A DNA stretch of 64,000 nucleotides from a virus. Each line of letters starts with the position of its first letter. Position 1 is the first letter of the stretch. The notes beneath the pieces are model-generated. The model saw nothing but the letters and a program-made list of their open reading frames with translations. It was not told where the DNA came from and did no database searches. The stretch is from positions 1-64,000 of IMG/VR virus record IMGVR_UViG_3300041964_000083. One strand, written 5' to 3'. A program made the position numbers and the translations under genes. Shown in pieces: positions 57,312 through 64,000 of this stretch.

Positions 57312-59569
57312 TGGTTGCAACTTCAGTTTCTACACCGTCTAGACAACAGACCGCATTAGCTTTAAAAAAGATTATTGAGTCTTCATTTACTAGCGGTATA
57401 GATGCTGTACTTAGTTTTGCGTTGGATGAAGACAATACGATTACAGGTAAATTTTTAGAAAATCGTCAAGTTTATACTTTTGAGATATCTCCAAAAAACA
57501 GAATTCGGTATGTTGAAGCACAAGCAAAAAGCGATGCATATCTAGCGGGTTTTGTTGAAGTTATGCCTATCCGCTTAGACAAAATGAACGGAGGTAAGAA
57601 GAAGCGCTGTATTGTTGGTAAAGCGTGTGGTGGTACTTGTATAGCAAAAGGAAAGGTGTGCGATCGCGAACTATCACCTAAAGCTGCCCAATTAAGTAAC
57701 GCAGTGCGAAAGGTGTTAGGTGGCAGCACAACTAAACCACCCGAACAGAAATTTCCAAAGATTAATCCAGGTCTTGTCGGTGCAGCTGTATTTGCAGCTG
57801 GGGTATTAGGTGTGCCTGTTGCTGGATATTTAGCAACAAGAGCAACATACCGCGCAGGCTTTAGTGAATCTGCGGAGATTGCTAAAAAAGAAGCTGAAAA
57901 ATTAGCAACTCAAAATTATAAATGGACTAAACGAGACAAAAAGCTTATTGCAGCTTCAAAGTTTAAAGGCGAAGGTGTTCCTGAACCTAAAAGTGAAGGA
58001 GAGCCAGCAATTCCAGATGTACTCTACGGTGGAACTCCTAATGAACGGTATTTTTTAGGGGAAGTCGGAAAACGCTACGGCAAAGAACCAAGCGAAATGT
58101 ACAAAAAAGCTAAGCAAATTACGTTAGTTGCTAATGGGTTTGCCGGAGAAGACAACACGGACTCAGGCGTCAGTGTTTCAGGCGATTTGATGGGTAACGA
58201 TGGTCTATTTGACGATCACCACGTTGTTCCTATTGATGCGTCTGGTTTTTCCCCTAATTTCATGAAAGGTGAAGAAATTGCCAAAAACGTTTTAGAAAAA
58301 GTATTTAAAGAAGGTCGTAACCCCGTAGCCGTCAGAATGGCGTCACACGCCTACGCATTTAGTAAAAAACATCCAGATGTACCTATTAACCTAATTGGTT
58401 ATTCTGGTGCTGGAATGGCAACCCATGAGGCACAGGAAATATTAAAACAAATGGGTGTTAAGGTACGTGTTGCTAACTTTGGCTCACCTTACGGGGGGTT
58501 AACTGAAAAAGTAGGTGACTCGGTAACATTTAACAGCCCATCAGATTTTGTTACTCGTCATACACCTGTTCGAGACGAAATTAATGTTCCTCATGTAGAT
58601 GGACATTTTAAATATTTATTAGATAGCAAAGTCAGAGGAAAACTTCGGGATTACTTTGACGGCAAGAAAATTAAAGGTGAGCCAACATCTCTTGAGCAAG
58701 AAAGACACGCTCAAAATGTACTGAAAAAAGAGACATCGGCGTTTGCTGAAAAACAAGCTCGGTTAAGAGAAATTGACCGTAAGCGGAAAGAGCGTGGAGC
58801 AAAACGTAGTAAAAAAAAACTAGATAGCATCAAACCAAATTGTTCACCTAAAAGTAAATTGTGTGGCACTCGCTGTGTTCCTAAAGAATACAATTGCAAA
58901 CAAACTAAACAAAAACCATTCAATGCAACAAATGCTGTTTCTATAGGTGTTGGAATAGCTGCTACTGTGGGACTTGGGGCAGCTATAGCCATTCCGGCAT
59001 CGATGGCTCTACATACAGAAATTGCAAAAAATCGTGCTGAAACTGTAAAACGCAACGTTGAAAAAGAAGAAGATGCAATTAAAGACTCACCTGTTGAGCA
59101 TTTTGTAATTATTAATCCCAAAACAGGAAAGACAATAGCAAAAGGTTCTAGCAACGAAGCAACAAGAGTGGATATTCCTACTGAAGCTATGGGTAAAATG
59201 AAGGGCGCTATTTTTACCCATAATCATCCCAAAGCTCTTAATTTTCCAGAATCTCATCCTCAAGGTAAAGGTACTAGTTTTTCTGAAGCTGATATTCGTA
59301 TTTCTTGTCAAATGAATGTTAAAGAGATGCGTGCTGTGAGCCGAAAATATCGTCATAGCTTAAGCGTAGGTGCTAAGGGTTGGGGGGATTGGGATAATCA
59401 AGTAAAACCTATATACGACAAACACGACGAACAACTTCTAAAGGAATGTCAAGATCATATACTTTCTCGCAAATACAAAGCCGCAGAGCTAAACGCAATT
59501 TATCACCACGAACTCAATAAGCGTGTAGCTAAAGATATGGGATGGACTTACATACGAACACCTATTTAA
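57311..59569 (+). CDS. Modular cargo polyprotein: N domain + Cys4 + TM + hydrolase // Cys4 + TM + JAB/MPN-like
   Basis: KSDAYLAGF; two Cys4 modules; GYSGAG; EH...THNHP...SFSEADI. Confidence 0.8.
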   Translation: MVATSVSTPSRQQTALALKKIIESSFTSGIDAVLSFALDEDNTITGKFLENRQVYTFEISPKNRIRYVEAQAKSDAYLAGFVEVMPIRLDKMNGGKKKRCIVGKACGGTCIAKGKVCDRELSPKAAQLSNAVRKVLGGSTTKPPEQKFPKINPGLVGAAVFAAGVLGVPVAGYLATRATYRAGFSESAEIAKKEAEKLATQNYKWTKRDKKLIAASKFKGEGVPEPKSEGEPAIPDVLYGGTPNERYFLGEVGKRYGKEPSEMYKKAKQITLVANGFAGEDNTDSGVSVSGDLMGNDGLFDDHHVVPIDASGFSPNFMKGEEIAKNVLEKVFKEGRNPVAVRMASHAYAFSKKHPDVPINLIGYSGAGMATHEAQEILKQMGVKVRVANFGSPYGGLTEKVGDSVTFNSPSDFVTRHTPVRDEINVPHVDGHFKYLLDSKVRGKLRDYFDGKKIKGEPTSLEQERHAQNVLKKETSAFAEKQARLREIDRKRKERGAKRSKKKLDSIKPNCSPKSKLCGTRCVPKEYNCKQTKQKPFNATNAVSIGVGIAATVGLGAAIAIPASMALHTEIAKNRAETVKRNVEKEEDAIKDSPVEHFVIINPKTGKTIAKGSSNEATRVDIPTEAMGKMKGAIFTHNHPKALNFPESHPQGKGTSFSEADIRISCQMNVKEMRAVSRKYRHSLSVGAKGWGDWDNQVKPIYDKHDEQLLKECQDHILSRKYKAAELNAIYHHELNKRVAKDMGWTYIRTPI

Positions 59570-59650
59570 CAACATTGATTCAATTTTGAGTAGTTTTTAT
59601 AACCATCACGTACACGACCCTAAACTTAAGAAGTCGCGCTATGTCTTGTT

Positions 59651-60415
59651 TTGGCAGATTTATCAGACACCTACGTTGAGGCGTTACTCTTGCAGTTGGC
59701 TAGGGGTGATTCTGCTTGTAATGCTACTGAGCGTGTGCGATCGCGTGCTTATCGTCAAGGATTTTTGAGAATTGACCGCACAACCCCTAACTGTTCGCCC
59801 AAAAGCAAGTTGTGCGGAAATGCTTGTGTGCCTAAAACCAAAAAATGCAAATCGACAACAAAGCTATCTAGAGCAAGCTCACCAGACTTTGTTAGACAGA
59901 GAGTTGAGGCTGAAGAAGACAAACTAAAAGATCTTCCATACGAACACTTGTTAATAATCGATTCTAAGACTGGCGATGTACTAGCTCACCGTACTGACAA
60001 TCACCCTACACAGGTAGGTTTTGATGCTAGCGACTTTCCCAAGATAAAAGGCGCGATCGTTACCCACAATCATCCAAATGCTTACGGGTTCCCACCTAGC
60101 CATCCTGCTTCTAAAGGTATAAGTCTATCCCCTCCTGATATTCAAGTGGCTTGTACTTTTCGTCCAAAAGAAATGCGGGCTGTAAGCGCAGGCTATCGAC
60201 ACGTTCTTAGTCCGGGTGAAAAAGGTTGGGGGGATTGGAACTGGCGGGTAAAGCCAGTTTACGAGAAACACGAACGTCAAGTGATGAATGAATTTCAAAC
60301 AGATTTAATTTTAGGGAGAAAAGCAGCGTCACAGCTAGAAGCAGATTACCACCATGAAATAAATACTCGAACCGCAAAAGAGTTGGGATGGAAATACGAA
60401 AGGCAGGTTATTTAG
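59651..60415 (+). CDS. Modular cargo-family protein: Cys4 + JAB/MPN-like (paralogue of 57311 C-terminus)
   Basis: RID..CSPKSKLCGNACVPKTKKC; YEH...THNHP...SLSPPDI. Confidence 0.78.
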   Translation: MADLSDTYVEALLLQLARGDSACNATERVRSRAYRQGFLRIDRTTPNCSPKSKLCGNACVPKTKKCKSTTKLSRASSPDFVRQRVEAEEDKLKDLPYEHLLIIDSKTGDVLAHRTDNHPTQVGFDASDFPKIKGAIVTHNHPNAYGFPPSHPASKGISLSPPDIQVACTFRPKEMRAVSAGYRHVLSPGEKGWGDWNWRVKPVYEKHERQVMNEFQTDLILGRKAASQLEADYHHEINTRTAKELGWKYERQVI

Positions 60416-61018
60416 ATGGAGTTTAGAAAGCTTGTTCAACCCATAGCAGAAGCGATCGCGCTAACTTTTGATGCTCCTGTGGATGAAATTTTAACAGCTA
60501 ACCTTGATTCTGAAGGTATTGTGTTTGGACAACTTTTGTCTGAAGGTAAATTTTATTCTTATGCATCAAATGGTAATGAAGTTGTTACAAGCTACCACCA
60601 AGACGCAACTGATTATTTAGATGAATACGCAAAAGGTTTTTTAAATAATATAAATATTCATGTTGATTCATCAAATACTTATGATTACGCTTGTGGCTTC
60701 TTCCGAGTTGATGCACAAGTAAAATGTAGTCAAGGTAATCAACCTTGTGGAAATCGCTGTATTTCTAGAAAAAAGCGATGTCGTAAAAATATGAAAAACC
60801 CTGCTAAAAACGCGATGAGACAAGGACTTGTTAGTCTTAAAAATCCAGCTAATCAAGCATTTGGAGCAGCCGCAGGTATTGCAGGAACTGTAGGAACTGC
60901 TGTTTTAATGGGTGCGGGTATGGCTGCGGGTTCCGCACTTTACGAAAACAGAGAAACAATTATGCGAGATGTTCAATCAGGTATCGACAAAGCAAAGCAA
61001 CGTATTCAAGGCAAGTAA
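60416..61018 (+). CDS. Modular cargo-family protein: N domain + Cys4 + TM
   Basis: RVD..CSQGNQPCGNRCISRKKRC; AFGAAAGIAGTVGTAVLMGAG. Confidence 0.75.
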   Translation: MEFRKLVQPIAEAIALTFDAPVDEILTANLDSEGIVFGQLLSEGKFYSYASNGNEVVTSYHQDATDYLDEYAKGFLNNINIHVDSSNTYDYACGFFRVDAQVKCSQGNQPCGNRCISRKKRCRKNMKNPAKNAMRQGLVSLKNPANQAFGAAAGIAGTVGTAVLMGAGMAAGSALYENRETIMRDVQSGIDKAKQRIQGK

Positions 61019-61043
61019 GAATTACGAAAGGAAGGTTATTTAA

Positions 61044-62075
61044 ATGAACGACAGAGAAATTACACAACCAATTGCTGAAGCAATTACGCTAACATTTGAT
61101 GCTCCTGTTGATGCAGTATTAACCGCGAACCTAGATTCTGATGGTGTTTTGTTTGGTCAAATAATGTCCGGGGGAAACTTTTACTCATACATTGCCGATT
61201 CCGACACAATCACTACTTATTATCATCCCGAAGAAACTGAGTATCTAAACGAATACGCTCATGCCGTACTCGACAACATAGGTATTCATACTGATGCTTG
61301 GGAGACATACGATTATGCATTGGGGTTTTTCCGTGTTGATGCACAGATGAGATGCAAACCAGGAAACAAACCCTGTGGTAGGCGTTGTATCCCTCAGCAA
61401 ATGAAATGTAGAAGTGCAATGGGCGGTGGGGCGCAAGCAAAAATGCGACAAGGGCGTGCTAACTTACGCGCTCCTGGCGCAGGTGCAATTGCCGCTGGCG
61501 TTGTTGGTGCTGCGGCATTAGCTGCGGGTGGTGCTGCGGCTTATCAAAACAGAGAAGAGATTGCTAAAGGTGCAAAAAAAATTGGGCGACAGGTACAAAA
61601 AACCGCACTTGTAGCAAAGCGGGAAGTAGAAGGGAAAGCCGCAGAACTTGCTAGCAATGTCAACAAAGGTGTAGAGGTGGCTAAAGAAAACATTCAACAA
61701 GCTGCAAAGAAAACGGGTCAAGCGGCACGAATAGCTGGCAAGAAAGCGACACGCGCTGTAGAACGTACAAAAAAAGAAGTCGATAAAAATTACAAAGAAA
61801 CAAAAAAAGAAGTCGATAAGAAATACCATGAAACTCGTAAAGCGGCTATAAGAACAGCTAAAGAAGTAGGAGTCGCTGGCAAAAGACTTCAAAAACAAGC
61901 TGAACGGAAAGTAGCTGAAGTTACAAAAGGTGCTGAAAATACAGGTAAGAAGATTCAACAACAAGCACGCAAAAGCAAGAAGCGTGGTGAACGTTATGCT
62001 GCTGACCCAGAAAGAGTACAGAAAGTGGGTAAACGCTTAGGCGATCGCTGGGCAAGAAATATGGGAGCAAAATAA
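61044..62075 (+). CDS. Modular cargo-family protein: N domain + Cys4 + TM + Lys/Ala-rich helical repeats
   Basis: Paralogue of 60416 N-terminus; [19 protein letters not shown]; TKKEVDKNYKE TKKEVDKKYHE. Confidence 0.75.
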   Translation: MNDREITQPIAEAITLTFDAPVDAVLTANLDSDGVLFGQIMSGGNFYSYIADSDTITTYYHPEETEYLNEYAHAVLDNIGIHTDAWETYDYALGFFRVDAQMRCKPGNKPCGRRCIPQQMKCRSAMGGGAQAKMRQGRANLRAPGAGAIAAGVVGAAALAAGGAAAYQNREEIAKGAKKIGRQVQKTALVAKREVEGKAAELASNVNKGVEVAKENIQQAAKKTGQAARIAGKKATRAVERTKKEVDKNYKETKKEVDKKYHETRKAAIRTAKEVGVAGKRLQKQAERKVAEVTKGAENTGKKIQQQARKSKKRGERYAADPERVQKVGKRLGDRWARNMGAK

Positions 62076-64000
62076 TGATTGCTGTTCGCTATGATCGTGC
62101 CAAACCTAATTGCAAAAAAGGTAAGCCTTGCGGTAGCGTTTGCATTCCGCAAAAAGCTAAATGTCGTAAAGAATCTCCACAAGAAACTAATACAGGTGGG
62201 GATGGCGCAATCAAAGCAGCGGGCTGGGCAGTTGCGGCTGCCGCAACTGCCGCATTAATTGGTGTGCCTGTAGCCACTTACGCTGGTGTGCGATCGCGTT
62301 ATCGAGAAGGGTTTAAAGAATCTGCCAAAATGGCACAGTCAATGGCAAAGGATATAGAACCTATCAATGTAAAGGAAAAACAGCACTCTGTTGTATTTTG
62401 TGTTGGTGGAATGGACTATGGGCATGAAAACACTAATCCTAATATTAGTGGCAGAATAATTTCTTTAGCCGTTAATAAGTCTTTATCCCAAAAAGATAAA
62501 GGACTAAAGACAATTCCTATTTCTACACAAGGTAGTAATTTAGATAAGAAAGAGAAACCAGAAGGTATTCATCAATTTGTTGCTGATGGATTTAAGCGAA
62601 CTGTTTACAAAAATGTGGTAGAGCAAGGTAGAAATAAAGCTGCGGTAAGGCTTGCTGCACAGGCGATCGCGTATCACGATAAATACCCAGATAAGCAAAT
62701 CGTCATGTTTGGTACTTCTATGGGTGGGATGATTGTCAATGAAGCACAGGAGATACTAAAACAAGCCAAACCGTCTATGAAGAGCAAGCTTAAGTCAATG
62801 ACGGTTGGAACTCCTTATTTTGGGCTAACTGAGCCTTGGGGAGAAACGACAGAGATTGCTGCACACGAAGACAAATTTACAACCGTTTTACCGACGCGAT
62901 CAAAGACTAAGTTATTTAATCTCAAGCACGTAAACACTAAATCTACGGATGTGCTTCATGGACATTTGTTAAGTGATTATTTTCAGTCAGATGAGGTGAA
63001 AAAACATTTATCAGATTTTATTTATAAAGATGTTAAAACAACTAAAAATACCAAAAAAGACTCAGCTAACGAACCTAAATGTCGGACAGGACAACCATGT
63101 GGGGAGATTTGCATACCTAAAACACATAAATGCAGAATAGGTTCTTATTCTCCTGCAAAAAAAGCAAAAGTTGAAGCTGTAAAAAGAAAACGACGACAAG
63201 TCGCATTAATGAAATTTTCTGCCGCAATAGGCGTACTTGTGGCATTTGAAGCTGCGGTTGTTGCCACGAATTACGCAATTGACAGAAGGAATGAGCAAAC
63301 AATAGCTGAAGAAAAAGAGGTTAAAGACGATTTTCAATCAGATGTCGACAATTTTGTAGATTTTCGTTCCGAAATGAGAGATAAGGCTCGATCATGGGGT
63401 GTTGGTCGAGGATATACGGATATTGAGCTTGTAGATGATTGGTATTGGGGCTTTCCTCCTACAGGGTATATGCAAGAACCTATTCAAAGTGAAAACCAAG
63501 AACTAGAACAAGTTAAAAAATCACTACAAGACATGGAAAAGAAGTGGCGCGATCGCGCTAACGTTGAGCATTTTAACAATATCCCTGATACAGCGCATAG
63601 CAAGAATAGAAAAAAAGCTACTACAGATTCTATTGCTGTCACCAATCCACATTATCAAAAACTTATATTTCAATTAAAAACTATTCTAAATCGTGTTTAT
63701 ACAGATGGTATTGATCATTTTATAAAAGTAGAAGTTGATAAGGCTAATACTATAACTGGGTTATTCAGAGATGGTACAAAAATATTAGAGTTTACGATTA
63801 AAGGTAACGACATTACTTATAAAAAAGCAGGATTTAAAAACAAAAAAGACTCAACTTATTATGATTCTTTGGCATTAGAGTTAACGTTACGTAGTGATGC
63901 GATCAAGAAAAAAGATAAATGCGTAAAGGGTATATCTTGTGGGGCAGCTTGTGTTGCTTCTAATAAATCATGTCGATTGAAAGCTAACGCGATCGCGTCA
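62075..64000 (+). CDS. Modular cargo polyprotein with at least three Cys4 modules and a GxSxG hydrolase (3'-truncated; not in ORF track)
   Basis: ATG 62075 [30 protein letters not shown]; GTSMGG at 62711; KKDSANEPKCRTGQPCG at 63080; N-domain copy then RSDAIKKKDKCVKGISCG at 63920; all in one frame. Confidence 0.8.
   Translation, partial: MIAVRYDRAKPNCKKGKPCGSVCIPQKAKCRKESPQETNTGGDGAIKAAGWAVAAAATAALIGVPVATYAGVRSRYREGFKESAKMAQSMAKDIEPINVKEKQHSVVFCVGGMDYGHENTNPNISGRIISLAVNKSLSQKDKGLKTIPISTQGSNLDKKEKPEGIHQFVADGFKRTVYKNVVEQGRNKAAVRLAAQAIAYHDKYPDKQIVMFGTSMGGMIVNEAQEILKQAKPSMKSKLKSMTVGTPYFGLTEPWGETTEIAAHEDKFTTVLPTRSKTKLFNLKHVNTKSTDVLHGHLLSDYFQSDEVKKHLSDFIYKDVKTTKNTKKDSANEPKCRTGQPCGEICIPKTHKCRIGSYSPAKKAKVEAVKRKRRQVALMKFSAAIGVLVAFEAAVVATNYAIDRRNEQTIAEEKEVKDDFQSDVDNFVDFRSEMRDKARSWGVGRGYTDIELVDDWYWGFPPTGYMQEPIQSENQELEQVKKSLQDMEKKWRDRANVEHFNNIPDTAHSKNRKKATTDSIAVTNPHYQKLIFQLKTILNRVYTDGIDHFIKVEVDKANTITGLFRDGTKILEFTIKGNDITYKKAGFKNKKDSTYYDSLALELTLRSDAIKKKDKCVKGISCGAACVASNKSCRLKANAIAS

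Noticed and set aside
61518-61964. Antisense ORFs such as this Phe-rich one, and many other short overlapping ORFs in the track
   Set aside because: Shadows of Lys-rich or otherwise well-supported genes on the opposite strand

Overview
The window is a 64 kb segment of a large temperate cyanophage or phage-plasmid. The cyanobacterial HIP1 octamer GCGATCGC occurs dozens of times, STRR-like heptamers are present, and DnaB, ThyA and TnpB look cyanobacterial. Layout: (1) regulators, 1-2.3 kb. (2) Nucleotide metabolism and replication, 2.3-22.2 kb: ThyA fusion, minimal class O-slash type ribonucleotide reductase plus ferritin-like partner, HNH, RNase HII-like, J-protein, initiator with iterons, DnaB, unsplit intein-free DnaE, split C5 methyltransferase plus N6A methyltransferase. 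(3) Early/accessory block, 22.4-37 kb: thermonuclease, Cro-like switch, deleted IS200/IS605-tnpB remnant, actin/ParM-like operon with an SLT+M23 hydrolase. (4) Leftward lysis and fibre block, 37.3-43.7 kb. (5) Head morphogenesis, 43.7-64 kb: MuF, permuted Mu gpG-like, DUF2213-type protease/scaffold, decoration, DUF2184-type capsid, adaptor. The main finding is a family of at least nine head-region genes that share a modular plan: an SDAY-like helix also present in the scaffold, an (R/K)xD motif also at the capsid N-terminus, a Cys4 module (12 copies), a Gly/Ala hydrophobic helix, and a swappable C-terminal domain (GxSxG hydrolase, JAB/MPN, HExxH zincin, J-domain, basic helical repeat). I interpret this as a putative capsid cargo loading, processing and delivery system; that function is inference. 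Also notable: a dispersed 19-bp palindrome, 11-bp phased arrays around a nested winged-helix gene, a 32-bp perfect palindrome, and a hidden secreted 39-aa peptide. Terminase, portal, main tail genes and integrase were not seen. All family assignments are by eye from motifs, without database searches.
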